Assembly: GCA_964658025.1 (NCBI GenBank)
Contig: CAZZXB010000010.1
Coordinates: 1-38,309 of the forward strand
Length of the DNA stretch: 38,309 nucleotides
Origin: an uncultured Janthinobacterium sp.
GTDB lineage: Bacteria; Vulcanimicrobiota; Vulcanimicrobiia; Vulcanimicrobiales; Vulcanimicrobiaceae
Direction of reading: 5' to 3'
The notes under the pieces: generated by a model
What the model was told of the DNA's origin: nothing
Database searches by the model: none
The model's input: only the letters and a program-made list of their open reading frames with translations
Made by a program: the position numbers and the translations under genes
In this document: positions 1-9,369 of the stretch, piece by piece
Position numbering within the stretch: the stretch's first letter is position 1
Layout of the letters: each line of letters opens with the position of its first letter

Positions 1-684
1 CGCGAGCCGCGAGCCGCGCGGCCTGTGCGCGCCCGTCGCGCGTGCGACGCGCGCGGCGAGCCACCGCGGGATCGAGACGAAGCCGCCGGTCGCGAGCGCT
101 CCCGCGGCGAGGCCGGGAAGATGCGGCGCGCACGCGCCGGCCACGGCGACCGCGAAGATCGCGCACGGCGCGATCGCGCCGAGCGCCGCTCCGACGAAAA
201 ACGTCGCGACGAGCGTCGCGGGCGCGTGCGAGACGAGCGCGCCGTCCGTCGGCAACGCGCTCGTCGCGAGCATGGCGATCGCGGCCGCCGCCGACGGAAG
301 CGTCGATGCGGCGAGCGCGTCGGAATCGGCGACGTCCGGATCGGGCGGCTCGCGGCGCGCGCGACGCGCGAACCACAACCCGAGCGCCGCGAACCAGCGC
401 GCGCACGCGATCGTCGGTCCGAACGCGATCCAGCAGAGCGCCGTCGCCGGGAGCGAGAGCGCGCCCGGAACACGCGACGCGCACCCGCATCCGGCGAGCC
501 CGAGGAGCGGCCGGACGCGCGCCGCCGGAAGCGCCTCCGCGAGCAGCGCGAACGGCGCCGTCTCGAACGCCGTTCCGGCCGCCGCCGCGAGCATCGCGTG
601 GAGTCGTTCGGGGCCGATCGCGGCACCCGCCAGAAGCGCTCCGCCCGCGAAGAGGAGGCGCGCGCGCCGCGCTCGATCGATCAT
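1..684 (-). CDS. Partial (runs off window edge) multi-pass membrane protein, possibly DUF318/ArsP-like permease
   Basis: Not in the ORF track because it has no stop in the window. My translation from ATG at 684: MIDRARRARLLFAGGALLAGAAIGPERLHAMLAAAAGTAFETAPFALLAEAL...LLGLAGCGCASRVPGALSLPATALCWIAFGP...; several hydrophobic segments, ExAPF and CGC motifs reminiscent of DUF318 permeases. Family call is weak. Confidence 0.55.
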   Translation of the reverse strand, partial: MIDRARRARLLFAGGALLAGAAIGPERLHAMLAAAAGTAFETAPFALLAEALPAARVRPLLGLAGCGCASRVPGALSLPATALCWIAFGPTIACARWFAALGLWFARRARREPPDPDVADSDALAASTLPSAAAAIAMLATSALPTDGALVSHAPATLVATFFVGAALGAIAPCAIFAVAVAGACAPHLPGLAAGALATGGFVSIPRWLAARVARATGAHRPRGSRLA

Positions 685-781
685 CGAAGGTTCCGATCAC
701 GCCGTCGGCACGCCGTCGCTAGCGGGGACGCCGCCGGGGCGCGACGAGGTGTGCCCGGCCGTACGGGCGGAAGAAGGCTCC

Positions 782-2086
782 GTGAACAAGATCGCCGCGC
801 CGCGCGGGACGGCCGACGTATTTCCACCGGAAAGCGCCCGCTGGCACGCGTTCGAAACCGTCGTCCGCGAGGTCGCCGTCCGCTTCGGGTACGGCGAGAT
901 CCGCACGCCGATGTTCGAGGCGACCGAACTCTTCGTCCGCGGCGTCGGCGACACGACCGACATCGTCGAAAAAGAGATGTATACGTTCGAGGACAAGGGC
1001 GGTCGGAGCATGACGCTCCGCCCCGAGTGGACGGCGCCCGTCGTGCGGGCGATGCTCGAACACAACCTCCTCGCGCTCGGACCGCAGCGACTGTTCTACG
1101 TCGGTCCGTTCTTTCGGTACGAGCGGCCGCAAGCGGGCCGCTACCGTCAGGCGAATCAGTTCGGGATCGAATGTTTCGGGTTCGCGGGTCCCGAGGCCGA
1201 CGTCGAGGTGATGCAGGTCGCGCACGAGGTCTTGCGCGCGCACGACGTCCCCGGCGTGACGCTGCGGATCAACACGATCGGCGACGCGTGTTGTCGTCCG
1301 GCCTACCGCGATGCGCTGCTTGCGCACTTCCGACCGCACGTCGCCGAACTCTCCCCCGATTCGCAGCGTCGCCTCGAACGCAATCCGCTCCGCATCCTCG
1401 ACAGTAAAGCCGCCGAAGATCGGCCGCTCGTCGAAACGGCGCCGACGTTCCTCGACACGCTCTGCGACGCGTGCGCGGAACACTTTCGCGGCGTGCGCGC
1501 GGGGCTCGACGCGATCGGCGTGCCGTACGTGGTCGATCCGCGGATCGTGCGCGGGTTCGATTACTACACGCGAACCGTTTTCGAGTTCGTCGCCGACGCG
1601 CTCGGCGCGCAGAGCACGGTCTGCGGCGGCGGGCGCTACGACGATCTCGTCCGCTCGCTCGGCGGTCCGCCGACGCCCGCGGTCGGCTTCGGCATGGGCA
1701 TCGAGCGGTTCCTCATGATCCTCGAGCAGAGCGGTCGCGCGGCGCCGTTCGAACGCGCGGGGATCGCCGCGATCCCGCTCGGTGCCGAAGCGCGAGCCGC
1801 GCTCCTCCCGCTCGTCGCGGCCCTCCGCCGCGCGGCCGACTGTCCGATCACGATCGATTACGGCGACGGAAAATTACAGGCACATTTCAAGAAAGCCGAT
1901 CGCGCGAACGCGCGCGCGGCGCTCATCCTCGGCGACGACGAGCGCGCGCGCGGCGTCGTCGTCGCGCGCGATCTCGCGACGCGCGAGCAACTGACGCTCG
2001 GTCCGGCGCCGTCGTCCGCGGCGCTCGCCGATCTCGCGCTCGCGTGGTACCGCGCGCTTCCGCCCGCCGCTTCGGAGGCCGCCTGA
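782..2086 (+). CDS. hisS: Histidine--tRNA ligase
   Basis: GTG at 782 giving NKIAAPRGTAD; motifs EIRTPMFE, KEMYTFEDKGGR, LRPEWTA, FRYERPQAGRYRQ, RGFDYYT, GGGRYD, GFGMGIER. Confidence 0.98.
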   Translation: MNKIAAPRGTADVFPPESARWHAFETVVREVAVRFGYGEIRTPMFEATELFVRGVGDTTDIVEKEMYTFEDKGGRSMTLRPEWTAPVVRAMLEHNLLALGPQRLFYVGPFFRYERPQAGRYRQANQFGIECFGFAGPEADVEVMQVAHEVLRAHDVPGVTLRINTIGDACCRPAYRDALLAHFRPHVAELSPDSQRRLERNPLRILDSKAAEDRPLVETAPTFLDTLCDACAEHFRGVRAGLDAIGVPYVVDPRIVRGFDYYTRTVFEFVADALGAQSTVCGGGRYDDLVRSLGGPPTPAVGFGMGIERFLMILEQSGRAAPFERAGIAAIPLGAEARAALLPLVAALRRAADCPITIDYGDGKLQAHFKKADRANARAALILGDDERARGVVVARDLATREQLTLGPAPSSAALADLALAWYRALPPAASEAA

Positions 2087-2538
2087 TGGACGAACGCGAC
2101 GCGCTCGAACGCCTCCACGCGATCGTGCGCGAGTACGATCTCGACGCGCTCGTCGTCCGCGCCGGCGACGCGACCTACGAACTCGTCGTCCGCCCGGAGA
2201 CGCCCGCGGTGACGGCGTTCGCGGGCGTCGCGCAAGCCGATATCCCGGTTGCGGCGGCGGCCCCGCCCGCCCCGCCGAGCCCGCCCGTCGCGGCGGCGAA
2301 CTACCGCAAGGTCGCGGCGCCGATCATCGGCGTCTTCTATCGTTCGCCCGCCCCGGGCGCGGAGTCGTTCGTGGAAGTCGGCGATCGCGTGACGGCCGGG
2401 CAGACGCTCTGCATCCTCGAAGCGATGAAGTTGATGAACGAGATCACGAGCGATTATTCGGGCGTCGTCAAACGCGTGTTGCCCGAGAACGGCGACCTCG
2501 TCTCGCTCGGTGAGGAATTGTTTTGGATCGAAGCGTGA
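2086..2538 (+). CDS. accB: Biotin carboxyl carrier protein of acetyl-CoA carboxylase
   Basis: ATG overlaps hisS stop (TGATG); Ala/Pro-rich linker, APIIGVFYRSPAPG and biotinylation motif EAMKLMNEI. Confidence 0.95.
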   Translation: MDERDALERLHAIVREYDLDALVVRAGDATYELVVRPETPAVTAFAGVAQADIPVAAAAPPAPPSPPVAAANYRKVAAPIIGVFYRSPAPGAESFVEVGDRVTAGQTLCILEAMKLMNEITSDYSGVVKRVLPENGDLVSLGEELFWIEA

Positions 2539-3125
2539 TCGCCGCTCCCGCGTCGCGGACGTTTCGCGAGATGCTCGACGACCGTCGTGGCCTGCTCGAT
2601 GCGGATCGGTACGAAGCCGTCGTCGAACGCGCCGCGCGCGCGATCTCCGACGCATTCGCGGCGGGCCGCAAGGTGCTCTGGTGCGGCAACGGCGGGAGCG
2701 CCGCCGACGCGCAACATCTCGCCGCCGAATTTTCCGGGCGCTTCTTACGCGAACGACGCGGCCTACCGTCCGAAGCGCTCTCCGTGAACTCGTCGGCCGT
2801 CACCGCGATCGCGAACGATTACGGCTACGATCGCGTGTTCGCCCGGCAGGTCGAAGCGTTCGTCGTTCCGGGCGACGTCGTCGTCGGCTTGACGACGAGC
2901 GGCAACTCGCCGAACGTCGTCATCGCGCTCGACGAAGCGCGAAAACTCGGCGCCGTGACGATCGCCTTCACGGGCAACGGCGGCGGAAAGATCGCGAGCG
3001 TCGCCGACGTGTGCGTCGTGGGACCGGACGGCTACTCCGCGCTCGTCCAAGAGGTTCACATCACGCTCGGTCACATCGTGTGCGATCTCGTCGAGCAGAC
3101 GCTGATGGCGAGCGGCTATCGCTAA
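2535..3125 (+). CDS. gmhA: D-sedoheptulose-7-phosphate isomerase
   Basis: GTGA overlap with accB; CGNGGSAADAQHLAAE, TAIANDYGY, TTSGNSPNV, VQEVH motifs. Confidence 0.96.
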   Translation: MIAAPASRTFREMLDDRRGLLDADRYEAVVERAARAISDAFAAGRKVLWCGNGGSAADAQHLAAEFSGRFLRERRGLPSEALSVNSSAVTAIANDYGYDRVFARQVEAFVVPGDVVVGLTTSGNSPNVVIALDEARKLGAVTIAFTGNGGGKIASVADVCVVGPDGYSALVQEVHITLGHIVCDLVEQTLMASGYR

Positions 3126-3642
3126 GCCCGCCGCCTTCCTCGATCGCGACGGCACGCTCATGGAAGACTCCGGTTTCGTCGGCGATCCGAAGCGCGTCCG
3201 CGTGTTGCCGGGCGTCGCGGAGGCGCTCGTCGCGCTCGCGGACGCGGGCTTCGAACGCATCGTCGTGACGAATCAATCGGGCGTCGCGCGCGGGATGTTC
3301 GGCGAACCCGACGTCGAGAACGTCAATCGCGCGCTCGCGGAGGCGCTCGCGCCTGCGGGCGCGACGATCGACGCGTTCTACTACTGCGCGCATCTCGACG
3401 GGTGCGATTGTCGCAAACCGTCGCCCGGCATGGTGTTGCGCGCGGTCGCGGAGCGCGATCTCGACCTCGCCGCGAGCGTGATGTTCGGCGACCGCGGGAG
3501 CGACGTCGCGCTCGCCGTCGCCGTCGGGATCCCGGGGATCCTCGTCAACGAATTGCCGGGCTACGACGGACCGCCGCCGCTCGTCCGCACGCGCACGCTG
3601 CTCGACGGCGTGCGGTTCTTCTTGGATGCGGTCCGTGCTTGA
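3118..3642 (+). CDS. gmhB: D-glycero-D-manno-heptose-1,7-bisphosphate phosphatase (HAD-IIIA); start inferred at non-canonical ATC
   Basis: In-frame AAFLDRDGTL (HAD motif I) lies upstream of the first ATG (3160); VVTNQSGVARG, CxH...CDCRKPSPGM, MFGDRGSD motifs. Start coordinate is an inference. Confidence 0.92.
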   Translation: MAKPAAFLDRDGTLMEDSGFVGDPKRVRVLPGVAEALVALADAGFERIVVTNQSGVARGMFGEPDVENVNRALAEALAPAGATIDAFYYCAHLDGCDCRKPSPGMVLRAVAERDLDLAASVMFGDRGSDVALAVAVGIPGILVNELPGYDGPPPLVRTRTLLDGVRFFLDAVRA

Positions 3643-4621
3643 TGCGCTCGCCGTGACGGGCGCGCGCGACCTCTTCGCGCGGATGCGCGACAAGCGCGTG
3701 CTCGTCGTCGGCGACGTGATGGTCGACGAGTGGGTGTGGGGACGCGTCTCGCGGATCTCGCCCGAAGCGCCCGTCCCCGTCGTCGCGGTCCACGATCATT
3801 CGTTCACGCTCGGCGGCGCGGGGAACGTCGCGAGTAACCTGCGCGCGATCGGCGCGAGCGTGTCGTACGCCGGAACGGTCGGCGACGATGCGGAGGGTCG
3901 CCGCGTCCTCGCGCTCTTCGACGAACAGGGCGTCGATCGCCGCGCCGCGATCGCGCTCTCGGATCGACCGACGACGCGCAAGACGCGCATCGTCGCGCAC
4001 AACCAACAGGTCGTCCGCGCGGATTGGGAATCCTCCGATCCGATCGGGGCGGCCGATCGCGGGCGGCTGTGCGATCTCGTGCGCGCTCTCGCGCGCGATC
4101 ACGATGCGGTGGTGCTCAGCGATTATGCGAAGGGGCTTTTCTCGCGCGATCTCGTCGAAGCCGCGAGCGCCTCGCCGATCGTCACGGCCGACCCCAAGCC
4201 GAAAAATCTCGAACTCTTCGTCGGCGTCACGTGCGTCGCGCCGAACGCCTCGGAAGCGGCCGCGGCATCGGGGATCGCGATTCGCGACGAAGCCTCGCTC
4301 GACGCGGCGGGGCGCGCGATCCTCGAGCGTCTCGGCTGCCGTTACGTCGTCGTCACGCGCGGCGAACGCGGCATGGCGTACTTCGACGCGTCGGGCGCGG
4401 CGATGCGCATCCCGTCGGTCGCGCGGACGGTGTTCGACGTCAGCGGCGCGGGCGACACGGTGATCGCCGTGCTCACCGCCGCGCTCGCCGCCGGTGCGGA
4501 ACCGACGCGCGCGGTGCGGCTCGCGAATTACGCGGCGGGCGCCGTCGTCGGCAAACTCGGAACGGCGACGGCGTCGCCCGACGAGATCCTCGCGCTCGTC
4601 GATGCCGAGCCGCATGGCTGA
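3635..4621 (+). CDS. rfaE1: D-glycero-beta-D-manno-heptose-7-phosphate kinase (HldE kinase half, PfkB family)
   Basis: GTG at 3635 overlapping gmhB stop by 8 nt; VVGDVMVD, SRISPEAPVPVV, GGAGNVA, LSDYAKG, FDVSGAGDTV, VVGKLGTA. Confidence 0.95.
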   Translation: MLDALAVTGARDLFARMRDKRVLVVGDVMVDEWVWGRVSRISPEAPVPVVAVHDHSFTLGGAGNVASNLRAIGASVSYAGTVGDDAEGRRVLALFDEQGVDRRAAIALSDRPTTRKTRIVAHNQQVVRADWESSDPIGAADRGRLCDLVRALARDHDAVVLSDYAKGLFSRDLVEAASASPIVTADPKPKNLELFVGVTCVAPNASEAAAASGIAIRDEASLDAAGRAILERLGCRYVVVTRGERGMAYFDASGAAMRIPSVARTVFDVSGAGDTVIAVLTAALAAGAEPTRAVRLANYAAGAVVGKLGTATASPDEILALVDAEPHG

Positions 4622-5108
4622 ATCGCCGTCGGCACCCGTCCTCGATCTCGAAGCGGCCGTCCGTTGGCGCGAGGATTTGCGCGCGCGCGGACGTCGCGTC
4701 GTGTTCACGAACGGCGTGTTCGATCTCGTGCACGCCGGTCACGTGTCCTATCTCGCGTGGGCGCGCGCGCAGGGCGACGCGCTCGTGCTCGGACTCAACG
4801 CCGACGAGTCGGTCCGCGCGCTCAAAGGACCCGAGCGTCCGCTCGTGCCGTTCGCCGATCGCGCCGCGGTCGTCGCGGCGCTGCGGAGCGTCGACGTCGT
4901 CGTCGGCTTCACCGAGCGGACGCCCGAAGTCGCGCTCGAGCGGATCCGGCCCGACGTTCACGTGAAGAGCGCGCAGTATCGGATCGAGGATCTCCCCGAA
5001 CGCGCCGTCGTCGTCGGCCACGGCGGCACGATCGTCCTCGCGCCGCACGTTTTCGGGAAGAGCACGACCGATATCGTCGCGGAGATCCGACGACGTTATG
5101 GCGGCTGA
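4614..5108 (+). CDS. rfaE2: D-glycero-beta-D-manno-heptose-1-phosphate adenylyltransferase (HldE second half)
   Basis: ATGGCTGA 8-nt overlap; VVFTNGVFDLVHAGHV, GLNADESVRALKG..RP, GKSTT motifs. Confidence 0.95.
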   Translation: MAESPSAPVLDLEAAVRWREDLRARGRRVVFTNGVFDLVHAGHVSYLAWARAQGDALVLGLNADESVRALKGPERPLVPFADRAAVVAALRSVDVVVGFTERTPEVALERIRPDVHVKSAQYRIEDLPERAVVVGHGGTIVLAPHVFGKSTTDIVAEIRRRYGG

Positions 5109-5259
5109 CGTCGCGACCCACCCGTCGCCCCAACGTCGCGATCCGGGCGCTCGCCCCGCGCGCGCGGCATTCGGACGGGCCGCGCTCGTCCGGTCTCCGA
5201 GCTCCGAGAGATGCGACCCGGACGATCGCTACGCTCGCCGGGAATTCGGTCGCTGATCC

Positions 5260-6489
5260 GTGCGCATCGCGATCACGAGTAACGGTCCGGGCGAATTCGC
5301 CGGCTGGGTGCGACCGCTCGTCACGACGCTCTACCGTCTCGCGCCGGAGACCGACGTGACGCTGTTTTTCGTCCCCGACGATTATGCGACGGGGAGCGAG
5401 GCGCCCGTCGCGCGCGCGATGTTTCCGCGCGCGCGCGTCGTGGATCCCGGCGACTACGCGCGTTTCGCGCTCGGGCGCGCGCTCCCGGAGCTTCCCGATC
5501 GCGTCGACGTGGTGCAGTACCTCGGCGGCGATCTGATGCACGCGGCGCGCGTGCGCGCGCGGCTCGGCGGCGCCGCGCACGCGTATAAATTCGCGCGCAA
5601 GGCCGACGCGCGGACGCTCCGTCGCGCCTACGCGATCGACGATGCGAACGCGCGGTCGATCGAGCGTTCGCGCGTGCCGCGCGAGCGCATCGACGTCGTC
5701 GGCAACCTCGCGATCGACGGCGCGTTCGGTGAAGCCGCGGGCGAATACGAGCGCCGCGGCGAGACGACGCTCGCACCGGGCGGCATCCTCATCATGCCGG
5801 GCGCGCGCAAGGGCGAGTTCCCGAACATGCTGCCGTTCTTCTTGCAGGCCGCGATCTATCTGCGGCGGATGCGACCCGATCTCGACGTCGCGTTCGCGCT
5901 CTCGCCGTTCACGAGCGACGGCGAACTCGCGCGCGTCCTCAACTACGGCGGCCATCGGAACGCCTGGGGCGCGCGCGGGCGCGTCGTGCGGACCGGCGAT
6001 GCGATCGCGATCCGCGCGGACGCCGACGGGAGTACGTACCCCGTCGTCCGCGACGCGATGCGGCACGCCCCCGCCGCGCGATTCGCCGTCACGCTCCCCG
6101 GGACGAAGTGCATCGAACTCGCCGCGCTCGGCGTCCCCACGCTCGTCTGCGTCCCGCTCAACGCGCCGGAGGTCGTCGTCGTGAACGGCATCTTGCAATA
6201 CCTCGATCGGATCCCGGGGATCGGCATACCGCTCAAACGCGAGGTCGTCGTCCGCGTCGACCGCCGCTTCCCGCGGACGGCGCAACCGAACATCGACACG
6301 GACGAGATGCTCATGCCCGAGATGCGCGGCACGCTCTATCCGGGCGACGTCGCGCGACGGATGGCCGCGTACGCGGACGACGTCGCGGGACGCGCCGCCG
6401 CGAGCGCGCGCCTGCGCGGTCTCTACGCCGGTCATCGGGGCGCGGCCGAACGGATGGCGCGCTCGTTACTCGCGGAGGCGACGGCATGA
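5260..6489 (+). CDS. Lipid-A-disaccharide synthase (LpxB)-like GT-B glycosyltransferase
   Basis: N-terminal SNGPGEFAGWVRP resembles cyanobacterial LpxB-like proteins; VVGNL, ILIMPGARKGE, VTLPGTKCIELAALGVP, QPNI motifs match LpxB-like GT-B fold; LPS context. Confidence 0.7.
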   Translation: MRIAITSNGPGEFAGWVRPLVTTLYRLAPETDVTLFFVPDDYATGSEAPVARAMFPRARVVDPGDYARFALGRALPELPDRVDVVQYLGGDLMHAARVRARLGGAAHAYKFARKADARTLRRAYAIDDANARSIERSRVPRERIDVVGNLAIDGAFGEAAGEYERRGETTLAPGGILIMPGARKGEFPNMLPFFLQAAIYLRRMRPDLDVAFALSPFTSDGELARVLNYGGHRNAWGARGRVVRTGDAIAIRADADGSTYPVVRDAMRHAPAARFAVTLPGTKCIELAALGVPTLVCVPLNAPEVVVVNGILQYLDRIPGIGIPLKREVVVRVDRRFPRTAQPNIDTDEMLMPEMRGTLYPGDVARRMAAYADDVAGRAAASARLRGLYAGHRGAAERMARSLLAEATA

Positions 6490-7370
6490 GATACAGCGTC
6501 GTGATCGCGACGAAGGATCGACGCGCGTTTCTCGCGCGCGCGCTCGATTCGCTCGTCGCGCAGCGCGACGCGCCGCCGTTCGAAACGGTCGTCGTCGATA
6601 ACGGGTCGCGCGACGACACCGCGACGTACGTGCGCGAGCGCGCGGGCGCGGTTCCCTTTCCGTTGACCCTCGTGGACTCGCCGGTCCCCAATCGCGGCGC
6701 GGCGCGCAACGCGGGGATCCGCGCGGCGCGCGGCGCGATCGTCGTTTTCGTCGACGACGACGTGTGGCTCCCCGACGGGTTCGTCGCCGCACACGCGCGC
6801 GCGCAGGGCGACGTCTTCCCGCACGCGGTCTCGGGGCCGATCGTCAACGTCCCCGATTACGAGACGCGTCCGCGGCCGTCGTTGCTCAATTATTCGGGCG
6901 CGTTTTTCTGCACGTGCAACGTCTCCGTTTCGCGGTCGTCGTTGCTCGCGGTCGGCGGGTTCGACGAAGACTTCGATCTCTACGGTTGGGAAGATACGGA
7001 ACTCGGGTTGCGGTTGCGACGGCACGACGTGCGCCGTGCGTTCGCCTGGGACGCCCACCTCTGGCACGTCAAGCCGCCCGCGAGCGAGACGCTCGACGTC
7101 GTCGCGGGCAAGACGACCGAACGCGCGCGGATGGCCGCGCGGATGCTGCGCAAGGAACCGGGCCTGCGCGCCAGACTCGCGACGGGCGCCTACGCGCTCA
7201 ACCTCGCGCGGGCGCGTCTGCTCGCCCCGCCCTGGTCGCTCGGGGCGTATCGCGCGCTCGCGACGGACGACGGCGCGCCCGCGCTCGTGCGCGCGATCGC
7301 GCGCGGACAATATCTCGACGGAACGTACGCGAGCACGCTCGCGAACGCGCTCGCGCGAAACGAGGCGTGA
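6486..7370 (+). CDS. Glycosyltransferase family 2
   Basis: ATGA overlap; SVVIATKDR, VVVDNGSRD, ARNAGI, FVDDD, GGFDEDF..YGWEDTELGLRL. Confidence 0.93.
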   Translation: MRYSVVIATKDRRAFLARALDSLVAQRDAPPFETVVVDNGSRDDTATYVRERAGAVPFPLTLVDSPVPNRGAARNAGIRAARGAIVVFVDDDVWLPDGFVAAHARAQGDVFPHAVSGPIVNVPDYETRPRPSLLNYSGAFFCTCNVSVSRSSLLAVGGFDEDFDLYGWEDTELGLRLRRHDVRRAFAWDAHLWHVKPPASETLDVVAGKTTERARMAARMLRKEPGLRARLATGAYALNLARARLLAPPWSLGAYRALATDDGAPALVRAIARGQYLDGTYASTLANALARNEA

Positions 7371-8332
7371 ACGTGTTGATCGTCCGCGGCGACGGGATCG
7401 GCGACGCGCTCGCGTGCGCGCCGCTCGTCGCCGCGCTCCGTCGCGCGGGCCACGGGTTGGGCGCGGTGCTCTCGACGCGCAATCGCGATGCGTTCGCGAC
7501 GCGCGCCTTCGATCGGACGCACGTGCTCGAACGGATCCCGTGGCCGCGTCACGGGTCGACGCCCGAGAGTCGCCGCACGGCGCTCGCGCGAACGCGCGCG
7601 GCCCGATACGATGCGGCGCTCGTCGTCTCCGAAGAGATGGACGCGTACGCCTTCGCGCGCGATGCGGGGATCCCGCGGCGCGTCGGTTTCGTGACGGGTT
7701 GGGCGAAGCCGTTCAAGACGCTGCGCGTCCGCGCGCTCGTCACCGACGCGCGCACGCGACCGGCATCGGCCCGGCGCGCGCGCGAACACGAGGTCGAGAC
7801 GATCTTCGCGCTCGGCGCGGGACTGCACGACGAGCCCGTGCCGACGGTCGATCTCGGACGGCTTCGTCCGCTCGTCCTCGACCGCGAGCCCGAAGTTCGC
7901 GACCGCGTCGTCCTCCAGACGAGTGCGAAATTCGCGCGAGCCGGACTGGACGAGGCGGCCTTCGTCGCGGCGGCGCGCGCGCTCGGCGAGCGTTTCGCGC
8001 TCGACGTGCTCGGCGACGACGCCGCGTTCGTCGCGCGCGTCGCGAGCGCGTCGGGCGGCCGGGCGTGCGCCGGGCTCGACGTCGTCGCGTGGAAGGACGC
8101 GATCGCGTCGGCGCGAGCGCTCGTCACGCCCGACGGCGGCGCCGCGCACGTCGCCGGCTTCGCGGGGACGCCGTGCGTCGATCTCTTTCCGCGCCTGGCG
8201 ACGACCGAAGCCGACGTCATGCGTTGGCGACCGTGGGCCGCACCGTATCGCGCGCGCCCGTTCGGGCCGCGCTCCGATGCCGGGTCGCTCGCGCGCGCGA
8301 TCGTGGCCGACGTCGCGTCGGTCGCGCGATGA
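7367..8332 (+). CDS. Glycosyltransferase family 9 (heptosyltransferase-like)
   Basis: GTGA overlap; VLIVRGDGIGDAL, LVTPDGGAAHVA, RWRPW motifs. Confidence 0.88.
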   Translation: MNVLIVRGDGIGDALACAPLVAALRRAGHGLGAVLSTRNRDAFATRAFDRTHVLERIPWPRHGSTPESRRTALARTRAARYDAALVVSEEMDAYAFARDAGIPRRVGFVTGWAKPFKTLRVRALVTDARTRPASARRAREHEVETIFALGAGLHDEPVPTVDLGRLRPLVLDREPEVRDRVVLQTSAKFARAGLDEAAFVAAARALGERFALDVLGDDAAFVARVASASGGRACAGLDVVAWKDAIASARALVTPDGGAAHVAGFAGTPCVDLFPRLATTEADVMRWRPWAAPYRARPFGPRSDAGSLARAIVADVASVAR

Positions 8333-9312
8333 AGGCGCTCGTCGTCGCGCGCGGCGGCGGCATCGGCGACGTGTTGCTCGCGACGCCCGCGATCCGCGCG
8401 CTCCGCTCGCGCTACGATGCGGTCGTCGCGTTGACCACGCCCGCGCACCTCGCGATCCTCGTCAATAATCCGGATCTCGCGGAGGTCTGGGCGAGCGACG
8501 GCGCGCTCGGCAACGACGTAGCGCGCGCGCGCGCGTTCGGCTTCGACGCGTGCGTCGTGACGTGGGCGACGCCGCGCGACGCGCTGCTGCCGTTCCTGGC
8601 CGGAATTCCCGAACGGGTCGGTCAGGCGCGGCGTCTCTATTCGCCGCTCTTCACGAAGCGCGTCGTCGTGCGGAGCGAACGCGGCGATCGCGAGACGCAC
8701 TGGACCCGGATCTTACTCGATTATGCGCGCGCGCTCGACTGCGACACGCCCGACCCCGTGCCGACCTTCGTCGTCACGGCCGCGGCGCGCGAGGCGATCG
8801 CGCGCGCGCTCGCCGCGGCGCGCGTCGCACCGTCGTACGTCGTCTTGCACCCCACGCGCGGCATCTCCGCGATCCGCGATCGCTGGCCGACGGAGCGGTT
8901 CGTCGCGCTCGCGCGCGCGCTCGTCGCGCGCGGGTTCGCCGTCGTCGTCACCGGGACGAACGACGATCGGCCGATCGCCGAGACGATCGCACGCGACGCC
9001 GGGGCCGTATCGTTCGCGGGGACGACGTCGATCGGCGAATTCGCGGCGCTCGCACGGGGCGCGCGCGCGGTCGTCGCGATGGATTCGGGACCGATGCATC
9101 TCGCCGCCGCCGTCGGCGCGCCGACCGTCGGCATCTTCGCGCTCCAATCGGACGAACCCGAACGCTGGGCGCCCCTCGGGCCGCGGACGGCGATCGTCCG
9201 CGCGACGTATCCGTGCCCGGGCGATCACCGCAAGGAGACGTGCCCCGATTTCGCCTGCGTCGCGCGCATCGACATCGGCCGCGTGTTGCAAAAACTCGAC
9301 GCGGTCTTGTGA
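8329..9312 (+). CDS. Glycosyltransferase family 9 (WaaF/WaaQ-like heptosyltransferase)
   Basis: ATGA overlap; GGIGDVLLATPAIRALR, RWP, DSGPMHLAAAVGAPTVGIF, WAP, C-terminal Cys cluster (CP...CPDFAC). Confidence 0.92.
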   Translation: MKALVVARGGGIGDVLLATPAIRALRSRYDAVVALTTPAHLAILVNNPDLAEVWASDGALGNDVARARAFGFDACVVTWATPRDALLPFLAGIPERVGQARRLYSPLFTKRVVVRSERGDRETHWTRILLDYARALDCDTPDPVPTFVVTAAAREAIARALAAARVAPSYVVLHPTRGISAIRDRWPTERFVALARALVARGFAVVVTGTNDDRPIAETIARDAGAVSFAGTTSIGEFAALARGARAVVAMDSGPMHLAAAVGAPTVGIFALQSDEPERWAPLGPRTAIVRATYPCPGDHRKETCPDFACVARIDIGRVLQKLDAVL

Positions 9313-9369
9313 CGTCGCTCGCGTCGCGCGGGCGGAGCGCCGTCGCACGCGAACGAAACGTCGGCCTAC

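Noticed and set aside
272..781. 170-aa N-terminal extension of HisS
   Set aside because: It is the antisense of the minus-strand membrane protein; HisS homology starts at GTG 782.
685..781. T-box leader for hisS-aspS
   Set aside because: Region too short and lacks the GGTGGxACCGCG T-box motif.
25..1407. Long Arg-rich alternative-frame and antisense ORFs here and throughout (e.g. 35354-37327, 25273-27189)
   Set aside because: Shadow ORFs expected in high-GC DNA; they overlap well-supported genes and have no recognisable motifs.
5109..5259. ncRNA or repeat in the rfaE2-lpxB-like gap (also 10123-10256 and 30648-30747)
   Set aside because: Only short GC-rich pairings that are expected by chance; no recognisable family motif or clear shared repeat.
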